Origin: the human T2T-CHM13v2.0 reference genome, Homo sapiens
Direction of reading: 5' to 3'
NCBI GenBank assembly: GCA_009914755.4
Contig: CP086569.2
Coordinates: 20,448,001-20,512,000 of the forward strand
Length of the DNA stretch: 64,000 bases
Numbering within the stretch: position 1 is the stretch's first letter; every line of letters begins with the position of its first letter. The notes under the pieces are model-generated. The model was not told the origin of the DNA, did no database searches, and was given only the letters and a program-made list of their open reading frames with translations. The position numbers were made by a program, and so were the translations under genes. Below, piece after piece: positions 14,534 to 27,246 of the stretch.

Positions 14534-14578
14534 AAATAAATAAATAAATAAATACATAATACATACATACATAAAAAT
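14533..14578. repeat. Microsatellite of (AAAT)n then (ATAC)n, at the tail of an Alu.
   Basis: The sequence aaataaataaataaataaatacataatacatacatacat. Confidence 0.85.
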
Positions 14579-15424
14579 ATACTACAGAAATGTTCTTTGT
14601 AGTAAGCCATTTTACAGAAAATGGTGAGGGAAATCCTGGTGCAGAGGTTCACTCCCAGTACTTCCAGAACTAAAGGCAAAGACAGGAGAATCACTTGACT
14701 TCAGGAGTTTCCGGCCAGCCTAGGCAACATCCAAGACCCTTTTTCTAAACTGAAAAAAAAAAGTGGTGACGGAATGTTTTGACAGTCACTGTTGCCCAGC
14801 AGCAAGCAATATTCAACATTAGCTATCACTGGATTCTCAATGAGAATCCCAGAGTATCAAATGGTTCCCAGCAGATCCAAGTACAATAATATGACCAGAA
14901 CAGGGATTCTGCATTTCCAACTTTCAAACTTGCCACATATCATGGATAATATATTGACCACTAATTATTTACATCCACCAGCCATTTAGCATTATCATTG
15001 CTAGGGGCTTGCCCTTTTGAATTCATTCTGCAATTGTACTGTAATAATATAAAAATAGTCTCGATCATCCAAAATGGTTGTTGTGCTGCTTTCTCTTTCA
15101 GATTGTCCATGTTAAGAAAAAGTTTCTGTGTTTATGTATGTGCATTTGTGTATGTGGATGTTGTCGAGAGCATACAAAGAACAAACAAACAGAAGAAGAA
15201 ATAATCTATCCACAGGACAAGTCTTCTGTTTTCTCTCTTCTTCTTCAAGGAGTGTGAGCTGTCATAGGAGTTACAGATACCAGCCAGTAGCTAAACAAAC
15301 TTTCTGCATTATAGTCAAATGGATCATGAGGAACGCAGGGAGAAAGTGAGGGCTCAGGATCCTGGTTGGGTCCTAGAGTAGGAAGGGTGCAGCATCCATT
15401 AAACAGTGTAGAAAAGAAAAACTA

Positions 15425-15800
15425 ATACAGTTATCCCTTGCTATCTGTGGAGGATTGATTCCAGAATCCCTGTTGGATACCAAAGTACATGAATGTTTGA
15501 GACCCTGATATAAAATGGTGTAGTATTTATGTATAACCTATGTACATCCTCCCATATATCACCATCCTCGATTATTTAAATCATTCCTAGACTATCTAAA
15601 TAAATCATCCCTAGATTATTTATAATTACTAAAGCAGTGTAAATGCTATGTAAATAGTTGTTATACTGTATTATTTAAGTAACAATGACAAGAAAATGTT
15701 GGAACATGTTCAGTACAGGTGCACCCTTCCATTTTTCCCCAAAATATTTTCAATCTAAACTTGGTTGAATACATATAGACAGAACTCACGGATAGGCAAG
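15425..15800 (+). mobile_element. Old L1 (L1M/L1PB-type) 3' UTR fragment.
   Basis: The motifs ggataccaaagtacatgaatgtttgagaccctgatataaaatggtgtagtatttatgtataacc and gtgtaaatgctatgtaaatagttgttatactgtattatttaag are present. Confidence 0.55.
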
Positions 15801-16424
15801 GATTATTGTATCTTTTCCTCAGTGATCACAAGGTTGATGACTGACACCACTATGAATAAAAACAAATTAACAAGGGAAAAACATAACAAATTTATTCAAC
15901 GAAGTTTCAGGTGACATAAGAGCCTTAAGAAATAAAGACTCAGAGAATCAGTGAAAATTGTGTATTTTAGTTTTCAGTGCTGCCAAACAAAAATGATGGG
16001 GCCATGGTTTTGTATTGAGCTCCAAAATTAGGCAGCAACAGACCAGGTCAAACTAAAATGGAGTCACTCATGCTAAGTTTCACATAATATCAGGTAAATT
16101 AATCTGAAATATGAGGGAAAGAGATAGATCCTGAAAGCCATCTTTTTTTTCTGAAAACAAGAGATTACAGTCTACCCAATTCAGTGCAATAACGAACCAT
16201 ACTCTGCTTTATCCCTTTCAAAAAAGTAACCTCATGTCAACTAGTCATTTTTCTGTTGTTTCATATCTTTGCTCTCACCATACAAAATCCACCGTTCTAC
16301 TACTTGCCAGTGGGATCTATCACTCCATTTTGTAGAATGGAGGATGCTCCTTCATGACTTGCAAATAAAAGCCAATTATCTGTATAAGTAAAGGTGTTGT
16401 AATTTTCCCTTTTGATAGTTTCAG

Positions 16425-16735
16425 TGGTTCACACCTGTATCTTTGCCTCAGTATGTGGGGGAAGGATGGGAGGCTGAGGCAGAAGGATTGCCTGAGGCCA
16501 GGAGTTTGAGATCATCTTGAGCAACATGGCAAAATCCTGTTTCCACAAAAAATTAAAAATTAGCTGAGCATGTTAGCACATACCTGTAATCCCACATACC
16601 TGGGAGGCTGAGGTAGGATGATGACCGGAGCCAGGGTGGTCGAAGCTACAGTGAGCCATGATTGCACCACTGCAGTCCATCATGCATGACAGAGTGAGAC
16701 CTTGTATCAAAAAAAAAAGAAAGAGAAAGAAAAAA
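16425..16735 (+). mobile_element. Alu SINE (older, AluJ/S).
   Basis: The sequence ggtggttcacacctgtatctttgcctc...gggaggctgaggcagaaggattgcctgaggccaggagtttgagatcatcttgagcaacatggc...gaccttgtatcaaaaaaaaaag. Confidence 0.85.
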
Positions 16736-16982
16736 GATAGAATGGACAGGTAATGTAGAAGTATTATAGGACAAAATAATTTATGATATGATAATAAATT
16801 GGGTAAACTTTAAGGCCTGGGAGTTCAGATTCTTTTTAGCCTCTCTCTATTGTATCCTTTCCCTTTGTGTATGGTGCAGGACATATGCCACACGAGAGTC
16901 TTATGAACTACTTTCAAGGGAGGTATGTCAGACAATAATTTTATGGACAGCTTTCACACAGAAAGGTTAGAATGAGTCAGTG

Positions 16983-17290
16983 ATGCGTCATGCCTGTACT
17001 CCCAGCACTTTTGGAGGCTGAGGCGGGTGGGTCACCTGAGGTCAGGGGTTCAAGACCAGCCTGACCACTATGGTGAAATGCCATCTCTACTAAAAACACA
17101 AAATTAGCTGGGCATGGTGGCACCTGCCTGCCTCTAATCTCAGGTACTCAGGAGGCTGAGGAAGGAGAATCACCTGAATCCAGGTGGTGGAGGTTACACT
17201 GAGTCAAGATTGTGCCATTGTACTCCAGCCTGGGCAACAAGAGCAAAACTTCATCTCAAAAAAGAAAAAGAAAAAAAGAAAGGAAAACAA
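16983..17290 (+). mobile_element. Alu SINE (AluS-like).
   Basis: The sequence gcgtcatgcctgtactcccagcacttttggaggctgaggcgggtgggtcacctgaggtcagg...ccagcctgggcaacaagagcaaaacttcatctc. Confidence 0.9.
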
Positions 17291-17550
17291 CAAAAAAAGA
17301 AAACGTCAGTGAGTGACCTCCATGATGTCATATTTTGGCATAATATGTCCTAAGCCCCAACACCAGTGACAGCAGGCCAATGGATCCTATCCTTGGGCAG
17401 AGAAGTTCCTAGGTCAGGGATAGGAGACAAAAGCCAGTACCCAATCCTAACAGATGCTGGGCTCAAAATCTTGCACCTTTCTACCCCAGTTTTAACATCT
17501 CTGTATCTTCAGGGAGAGAAAAAAGCATAGGTCTTTTTTTCTAAAGTTCA

Positions 17551-17895
<345 letters not shown>

Positions 17896-20800
17896 TTACC
17901 TCATACTTAGCCGACCAAGAATGAGTCAGAGACAGTTCAGGGATCCAGAGCAGGAAATAGTGGACACACACACCAGCATCTGATCTCCAGAATAACAGAA
18001 GAGTACATAATCAAAAAGCTACTTTACATTAATATTCTTCACAAGGGTTTCTTTTCAAAAATGAGTTTTGACAACACTGAGATGCTCTTTTTTCTTTCTT
18101 TTAACCTCCAACTCTTGATGTAACCACCCAATGGGTTCATTTTGTCCAGAGCCCAGAGACAGCTGATTTTTCAGTAGGTGAATTGCAATAGAGGAAGAGA
18201 TTAAATACACATAGAGCTGGCTAAATAGGAGCCTAGGGTTTTATTATTACTCAGCCTTCCTATCAACTTGGAGGCTAGGGTTTATCAAAGACAGTTTGGC
18301 AGGTGGGGGCTAGGGAATGGGTGCTTCTGATAGGTTGGGTATGGAATCACAGGGATGTGGAAAGTGGTCCTCTTGTGCTGAGTTCAATTCTGGTAGGCAG
18401 AAACAGGACTGGCTGAGTCTAGAGTCGCCTGTCTAGTTGGGCCATTTGGTAGTTAAAAATGACAAAACTTGAAAAAACACATCAAAAGGCCAGTCTTAAG
18501 TTCTACAAAAGTGATGTTAATTACAGGAGTAATTGGGGAATTTGCAACTCCAGAATAATGACCAGTAATCATTTAACTACATCTACATCTTAGCAGGATC
18601 ACGCCCCTCTCATTGTCCTAACCTGGTGGTCTTTCATTGTTTTACAAAGGTGATTTAGTTTTGGGAAGGACTATTCTCCTTTAAACTATAGACTAAATTT
18701 TTCTCAAAGTTAGGTTAGTTTATGCCCAGGAATGAACAAGGGCAGTAGGTAGGTTAAGGGCAAGACGGTTAGATCAGTTCTCTGTTACTGTTATAATTTT
18801 CTCATTGTTATATTTTTTGCAAATGTGGTTGGATAAAATCATGGCTCATACAAATATACAAAAAATACATATTAAAATTTTATTTAACATAAAACATTAA
18901 AATTTATTTAATAAATTATAAATGAAAAAATCAGTAACATGTTATAAGCAGTTTAAAAAAGTTAATGAAGCTCAGTTTTAACATGAAGTATAGGAATGGT
19001 GAAATTATATAAATGAAATTTGTAAATGGTGTCAATGTGCTTTTATCTAGAGCTGCTATAGGAAATCACCATAAACCGGGTGGCTTAATACAGAAAAACT
19101 TTCTTGTCTCACAGTCCTAGAGGTTAGAATTCTGAAATCAAGGTGTTGCCAAGTTGGTTCCTCTGTGAGTTCTGAGAAAAATCTGTTTCCTATCTCTCCT
19201 AACTTCTGATGTTTGCCGGTAGTCTTTAGTATTTTTACTTGAAGTTGCGTCACTACAATGTCTGCCCTCATTTTTACATGGCCTTCTTATTAAGAAAAAC
19301 AGTCTTTGGACTTAGGGACCTCCTTACTCCAGGATGACCTCATTTTCACTTAATTATATTTGCCATCATTTTATTTCCAAATAAGAGCACATTCTGAGAT
19401 TCCAGGTAGATACTAAGTTTTCAGAAACAGGATTAAACCCAGTGCAGATTGAGAGAAGTCCCTAGAAATGTCACTGCACATAATTCATTTGTATATCAAT
19501 AAACAAGAATTATTTTGCATTGCTATAAGTTACCTGCAATTTATAAAGTTGTGAAATAGTTCAAGACAATGAAGGGAGAGACTCTCTGGTAACTACAGAG
19601 TATGAGCTCATCATTGCTTAGTTTCCACAAGAGGTATCTCTGAATTTTTTTGTTTATTCCCAATGATCTTATAGCACTTGTAAAGTTTTTACATTAGTTA
19701 CAAAATGCAATTTGAAGTGAAAGAAACAGAAATACAAAATATTAGTTTCTCTTTTTCTCCTACATTCCTACATGGATTTGTAGAAGAGCTGACCTTTACT
19801 TATAAAATAAATCAGCAAATGAGTGTCTTTTCTAGAATGGGGTGACCCAATTTTTATTACAGTGAATTATTAGGACACATATGCACAGCACTTGAACATG
19901 TTCTATCTTCTGAAACTTGTGTGAGGTACACAAGCTGGTGTTATTGTTCCCACATTACAGATTAGGAGATTTCTCAGAAGAATTTCAGTTTGGTAATAAA
20001 TATTTCTTATTGAATTGGGGCTAGCAGCCAGGTGAAACTGCCTCTTTTTGCTCCCACCTATGCTGCAGGTCAATGTCATTTAGCAAATGCTAATAAGTGA
20101 GATCTTCTGAGATCTTCCTACTGAGGCTGAAATAACACTAGCACCTCAAGCAGGTCATGTTTTAGGCAGCTCCTTTGCACAGCCCAATATTTCATCTGAA
20201 GGAATTGTCTCTTAAAATCTTCCATTCTCTCACTTTACCTGATTAATTTTGTATCTAAACCTCGGAACAATTTTAAAGCATTTCTGCAGGCTGATCTCTT
20301 CTTATACTGGAAGAATTTTAGGAATCTGTGAGCCTAGTTAAATCTAGGAGGGTCAGTAAGATTAGTCACTGGGCAGGCAGGGTCCTGTGTTTAGATATTT
20401 TTCCTGTGGAGAATAAGATGAGGACTGTTGTTAATTTAGGTGATAATACTTTTTGCCTAAAAAAAAAATTGTTTCTCTACTATTTTATTTTGATTTTTAT
20501 TTTATTTTTTCAATTTTTTGAGGTTTTTGCCTGGGCTGGGTAAACTCAGCTGTATGGTGCTGGATGTCAGTCTACCATCAGAGTGGGACACCATACTGGG
20601 AGACAGAGGACATCCACATTGCACAGTCCTGAGATATCAAATTCTCAAGGATAACACAGTTTTTCCGCATCTGTGGAATGAAGAACTATAACTATGGATA
20701 GACATCATAAAAACAAAAGCCTTATGTAGTGACTAGTTAAGATTATAGTGCCAGCCCTGGGCTTTCGGGTTGCAGAAAACTGGTAGGTTGTATGTTATGG

Positions 20801-21889
20801 GACTCAAGAGCATCTCTCAACATAGGCAATTGTATCTCTGCTGTCCTTTCTCTTCAGCAGCTTTCCTCTATAGGTCTCAGTGGGAATCCATCCTTTCGGG
20901 TTTTGGGATTTCAGAAGTGAACATGGCATTGCACTGCAGAGATGGTGTGTGAGTCCAGCCTACCCGAAACCAATGCAAATTAGTAAGTATTTGGGAACTA
21001 AAGTTACTTTTGGAGACGTTAAGGGTGAAAGCCATCTCCTTCACTGACTACAAAGCAACTAGAGGCTCAGGAAAGCATTAGGTAATGCTCACAGGGTCAG
21101 CTCAGGAAGTGAAGAGCAAAGACTGCCATTGTGTTAACAAGAGGTTGAAAGTGTATTCTCAGAAGAAGAAATCTACTGTCATATCCATCCCCATCCATCT
21201 GCAGGCTCCAATACACAGCTCTTTCGTCTGTCCTCTGTAGTAAGATGAAATACCAAGCACAGAGCACAAATCCTGAACAATCGCCATCACCTATTTGGTG
21301 GACGCATAGGCCTGGTCTCTGATCTGGTCGCATGTCCAGAGGGTCTGCTAACCCACTGCACCTAGGGAGACAGGCATTGTACCACCTTTTCTCTACTCTT
21401 CCCAGACTCAACACATTTGATTGTATATGCGCATGAGGTAGAAATATAAGATGAAGCAGGGACAGAGTCAACAAGCCAGAACTAGATGCTTCTACCTGGA
21501 CAGAAGACCTAGAATTCTTTTTTGGATCCTAAATTCACCAGGAAATTTTAACCACATGCATTCAGAGATGCTGTGTAGGTGTGGCCAGTGTCAGCTGGCA
21601 GTGTACCCAGTGTACCACTGTGTCGCCCACCCTGTGGTCATTAGCAATTGGAATTCCTCAGTAATCTGGCTGGGAAACTGACCTTTGGAAGTCTTTCCCT
21701 TACTTCTCCTTCACCCAGCAAAGGGCTATGCAAATATCCTTTTACAAATTAAGGGCTGAATATCCAGCCCTAAGGTTTCTTCAGTTAGTAGATTAGTTTT
21801 ACTTTGGAAAGCTGGGCCCAAGTTATTTGGCTCAAAACATCCTCCCAATGCTGAGGACACAACAGTTGAGAAACAGTACAACTGTTAGT

Positions 21890-22340
21890 ATCCAGATTGC
21901 AAAGGAAGATGTAATAGTATATACTCATGTGTCACTTAACAACAGAGATACATTCTGAGAATGGCATGCATAGGTGATTTAACAACAGAGATACATTCTA
22001 AGAATGGCATATGTAGGTGATTTTGTCATTGTGCAAATATCATAGACTGTACCCACAGAAACCTGGATAGTTTAGCTTACCACACACCTAGGCTATATGA
22101 TATAGCCTATTGCTCTCAGGCTACAAACCTGTGCAGCATGTTGCTAAACTAAATACTGTAGGCAATTAGGACACAATGGTAAACATTTGTTTACTTAAAC
22201 ACACTTACACATAAAAAGGTGCAGTAAAATTATTATAATATGATGAGGCCACCATTGTCTATGTAGTCCTGTTGTTGACTGAAGTGTTATGTGGAAGATG
22301 GCTGTATTTGCAAGATCTTGCATATAGCAAATACTAGGAA
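21890..22340 (+). mobile_element. Probable Tigger/MER-type DNA-transposon fragment with a small internal duplication.
   Basis: The sequence gtgtcacttaacaacagagatacattctgagaatggcat...atagcctattgctctcaggctacaaacctgtgcagcatgttgctaaactaaatactgtaggcaatt resembles the Tigger consensus. The unit aacaacagagatacattct[g/a]agaatggcat occurs twice. Confidence 0.45.
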
Positions 22341-22745
22341 ACACATACACCACCTATCTATCAAAGCTAATAAGTCAATTCTGAAACGTTGAGGCAAATA
22401 ATATCAACATATAAAACCCAGTTGTATTTCCATACATTAGTAATGAATAATTCAAAAGTGAAAATAACACAATTTATATCATTAAAATAATGAATACATA
22501 TAACAAATCTAACAAAAGAAATATAAGATTTGTACCAGAAAACTACAAATAATGTTAAAAGAAATTAACCTAAGGAAAAATGGAAAGGTATCTGTATTTA
22601 TGGATTGGAAAAATTAATAACATTAAAATGCCAATTGTCCCCAAACTAATCTACAACTTCAATGAGATCTCTGTCAACATTGCAACCAGCTTTTTGTTTG
22701 TGTTATTTTCCTAGAAATGAACAGATAACCTGAAAATTCATATGA

Positions 22746-22992
<247 letters not shown>

Positions 22993-22994
22993 CC

Positions 22995-24720
22995 CAATAT
23001 ATGAAGTTTTAAGAAACCCAGAAACCAAGATCAATCTTGAAAATATAGTTGAACGAATTAGGCTTCCCAATTTCCAAACCGGCTACAAAATGACAATAAT
23101 AAAAACAGTGTGGTACTGGTGTAAGGACAGGATTATAGGTGAATAGAGTAAAATTCATAGTCTAGAATTGAGCTCTGACATCTGTGATGAGCTGATTTTC
23201 ACAAAGGTGAGAAAACTATTCAGTGCAGGAAGGAGTAGCCTTAAACAAATGGTGTTAGGATAACAAATATCAACAACTAAAGAATAAAGTTGGATCCTAC
23301 CAAATTAATTTAAGATGGTTCAAAGTTATAAATGTAAGAACTAAAATTATGGAACTTTTAGATAAATAAATAGTCCTAAATCATCATGTACTAGGATTAG
23401 CCAATGGCTTCTAACATGTGACATCAAAAGTACAAGGGCAAAATAAAAACTGGATATGTTGAACTAAAAACTTTTATGAGGCAATGGATACCATGAAGAA
23501 AGTAAAAAGGAAAGTCAGAGAATAAGAGAAAGTATTTGCAAACCATATCTACCAAGGGATTTATATCAGAATGTATAAGGAAATCTTAAGTGTCAATAGA
23601 AAAAGACCAACAACTCAAATATTAAAAAGCCAAAAGATTTGAATAGGCATTTTCCCAAAGAAGACATATAAATGACTAATAAGCACAGAAAAGGATGCTC
23701 AATGTCATTAACCTATAAGGAAATGTACATTAAAACTACAATTATATATACACAATTATGATTTTGTCAATTAAAATAACAACTATAAAGTGTAAAGCTA
23801 CAGCAAGATAATCACACTCAGTGAAATGGCTAATCAAACAGATGGGAAAAGCAAGTATGGTGAAGATGTAGAGAAATTAGAATTTTTATATGTTGTTGGT
23901 AGGCATATAAAATTGTGCAGCTGCTGTGGAAAACATTTGTCAGTTCTTCAAACAAATTAAACATCAAATTACTACACGATCCAGCAATTCCAAACAATTC
24001 AAAACATATACTCAAACAAATACTTGCACATGAATGTTCAAAGCACCACTATACAAAATAGTCAACAAGTGGAAACAACTCAACTGTTTACTGATGGAAA
24101 AGTAAACAAAATGTATATCCAATCAATGAAATATTAGAGCTGTAAAATAAATGAAGTCCAGTTGTCTTGTGGTTTCCAGGGAGACTGGTTTCCAGGAGCA
24201 CCCGTCCACAAGATACCAAAATACATAGTTGCTCATGTCCCTGATATAAATGTGTAGCCTGGGTAACATGGTGAAAACCTGTGTCTACCAAAAAAAGGTA
24301 CAAAAATTAGCCTGCCATGATGGTGAGCTTGTAGTCCAAGCTACACGGTGAGGCAGAAGGATTGGTTGAGCGTCAGAAACAGAGGTGGCAATGAGCCAAG
24401 ACTGTATGTCACACTCAGGATAGGTGACAGGGTCAGACTCTGTCCTTCCAATCCCCTGACAAAAAGATGTAGTATTTGCACATAACCGATGCACCTCCTT
24501 CTGTATATTTTAAATCATTTATATATTACTTATAATATCTAATACAAAGTAACTGCTATGTAAATAGTTGCTATATTGCTTAGGGAATATGGACAAGACA
24601 AAAGTCTGTACACGTTTGGCGCAGATGCAACCATTCATTTATTTTTCCTGAATATTTTTGATCTGTGGTTGGTTGAATCTACAGATGTCTAGGGATTCAG
24701 AATCCACTAGTACAAAGGGC
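22995..24720 (+). mobile_element. Old L1 (L1M/L1PB-like) ORF2 3' portion plus 3' UTR. An Alu fragment interrupts it at about 24247-24455.
   Basis: A degenerate ORF2 translation is visible (…FPKEDI.MTNKH…IKTT…). The 3' UTR motif ccacaagataccaaaatacatagttgctcatgtccctgatataaatg is followed by ...gctatgtaaatagttgctatattgcttagggaatatggacaagacaaaagtctgtacacg. Confidence 0.6.
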
Positions 24721-24814
24721 TAACTGTACTGATATTATACTACGACCTTGGAAGCAAAACCGTTATTATAAGCAAAAGAAGCTAGACGCAAAGTCCACTT
24801 ACGTCAGGATTACA

Positions 24815-24970
24815 TATATATATACACACACACATACATACGTACACACACACATATATACACACATACATATATACACACACATATATACACATATATA
24901 CACACATATACGCACATATATACACACTTATATACACACATATATACACACATATATACATATATATGAA
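24815..24970. repeat. Low-complexity tract of (TATACACACA)n-like units.
   Basis: The sequence atatatatacacacacacatacatacgtacacacacacatatatacacacatacatatatacacacacatatatac... Confidence 0.9.
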
Positions 24971-25129
24971 AAGTTAGTAAATTGTGCATTTAAAAACAAG
25001 GCAATGCATGGTGTATGAATTATCCTGATCTCCCAAGTTTTGATGACTGGAACCGTAATTGCATCTAAAACAAATAGGTGATGTTTTTCAGGGAATTCCC
25101 CTTCGCCTCCATCATATCAAGGAAAATAA

Positions 25130-26560
25130 ATGGATTAACAAACGTATAACTGTAAGTAAGAAACGGATAGCGGAGAAAGTGGAGTCCATTTAACCTGTAC
25201 TTGGTGCAAAATAGCTGCTGATAGTTGTTTCAAGCCCGCGTGGGTCAGCGGGGAACAGTACGTGGACCCCATTGCACTGGACAGGCTGGAGTCTGGGTCG
25301 GTGTCAGAGCTTAAAAACTGATAAGCTGAAAGCCAATGCACCTACCCTTTAACGTCATGTATTTTTTATCCCTACATCATTGATGGCTAGGAACAGCAGG
25401 TAACATCCTCATAAGATTAAGCAATAAGAAAATAGACTTTATGTGTACTCTCACTTGTCGTTAATTTCGTACATTCTCTAACAAAAGAATACGGTTGGAA
25501 TAAAAATCTAAACCTTTCCAGAACAGTAATGAGTACCTTACCATACGGGAACACCGGCCTGGGAACTACAAATCCGGGTTGGCCACACCCAGAAGAAATA
25601 CTCTCTTTCCTAGAACGTTGCATTACGCTCCAATCCCGAGCAGGTCCAGAGAGCCGTAGCCGCTCAGCCTGCTGGGACTTGTAGTTCTTTTTTTAACAGG
25701 CATAGGTTCCCGAGGCCACTTTCGGCTCTGTCGGCCTGAGGCCGAGCCCAGGATTTAATGTTCCCCACCCTCCCGCACTCCCCAAGATAGGTTGGTAGTG
25801 TTAGGAAGAGTGGATGGCGGAGTCAACCTCCTCCGGTCACGTGTGGTACTTGGCATGCAGCGATTGGTCGCCAGAGTTATAGGGCCCCGCGTTAAGTCCA
25901 TGAGCTTCCGTGAGGGTACTCTGCCGGTTTTGCTGCGGAAGTCACCTCGTGGCGTAGGGGAGAGGTAACACCGAGAAGAGGCAGCGGCGGTGGCGCCAAG
26001 ACGATTGGTGCCAAACAGGGCAGAACGCAACTCAGCTCTGGGGTGGGTTCCTGTCCAGAGGGGTAGAGAAGAGTGGCTGAGGGCGCGCCCTGATCTCAGC
26101 GGGAAGAGTGCGACCCCGAGGGCGCGCTAGGTATGAAAGCCACGTGTGGCTGGCACCGCGGGGACCCACGCACCAGGTGTACCCTTTCCAGTCCCTGCCG
26201 TCGCCTTATTCCCGGTGCTGGTCACCACCGTCTAGGGCTTACTTGGGACACAGGCTAGTTCTCTCCTGAAGCTATTGAGCAGTATGTGTTGAGGTGCGCT
26301 ACGCCAGTTGAGGTGAAGCTGTTACACAGTATGAAAGCCGGGCTTTGTAGCTGCAGCTGCGCATTGCACCCCCAGCTACGCAGTCTCCTTTCCTTCTCAG
26401 TCACAGGACCGGATGGCAAGTGGCCGCAGCCAGTCGGTGAGACCGACTGAGCTCTGGGGCTTCAGTTCTTGACGCTACCTACATGGCTACATCTCCAGCC
26501 AAGGATGAGAGGTGATGCCAGAGGACCTCGATCTAAATTGGGCACCATTATCGTATGACA
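25130..26560 (+). promoter_or_regulatory. CpG island and probable promoter, containing the likely noncoding or 5' exon 1 of the taxilin gene.
   Basis: The region is packed with CpG dinucleotides (examples: cccgcgtgggtcagcgggg, gcggcggtggcgccaagacg, gggcgcgccc, gggcgcgctag). It is repeat-free. Candidate exon-1 splice donors are AG|GTATGA at 26130/26131 and CG|GTGAGA at about 26434. Confidence 0.65.
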
Positions 26561-26576
26561 ACTTCTCTTGCAAAAC

Positions 26577-26665
26577 ATCTTCTCTTTTCTCTTCTTTTCT
26601 CTGTCTCTCTCTTTCTCTCTCTCTCTTCGTTTCTCTCTTCTTTCTTTCATTGCTCTTTCTCTGTC
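26577..26665. repeat. CT-rich polypyrimidine tract just downstream of the CpG island.
   Basis: The sequence cttctcttttctcttcttttctctgtctctctctttctctctctctcttcgtttctctcttctttctttc. Confidence 0.85.
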
Positions 26666-27222
26666 CTGTGCACGCCAAAGCGGAAGCTGAAGTGCGGCGT
26701 CTTTGATCTCTCAATCCTGGAGACACAGGAACATTTTCCTTACTTTACTCAACTCGTTCCTTTGAATACCGCAAAATTAAGACGGCGTTTAAAACAATCG
26801 AAATCCCTTTTCTTCTGGGGTTTGGTGCCTAAAGATTAGAAAAGTTTGCGCAAGGAATTCGCTGCAGCATATAAAACTTTCAGGACCCTGAAATACAGAA
26901 CTGCAAAGAAACGGCCTAAGATGGTTGAATCCTCTTTATTTTTCTTTAATTTAGACATGTTCAAACGTTCAATGTCTTACATACTTAGTTATGTAAGTAA
27001 GGTAGCGCTTACTTCATTATGCATTTCAATACTCAAAAAAAATTCCTTTGTGAAATGTTGAAATATTTTTCTAATCTGTTTCACGAGCTTCAAAAATGAG
27101 GAAAAAAGATTCAGTTTACATTTCAGCAAAATGCCTCTTTTTAATCGGATTTATGTTTACTTAACATTTACAGTACATTTACGCTTGAGCAAAGTTAGGT
27201 TTTGGATTTGCTTAGGGTCAGA

Positions 27223-27246
27223 TTTTTTTTTTTTTTTTTTTTTTTG
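27223..27246. repeat. Poly(T) homopolymer of 24 nt.
   Basis: The sequence tttttttttttttttttttttttt. Confidence 0.9.

Noticed and set aside
21097-21474. A 125-aa minus-strand ORF in unique sequence.
   Set aside because: It has no recognisable homology, no splice or CpG context and no codon-bias signal that I can assess by eye, so I left it unannotated.
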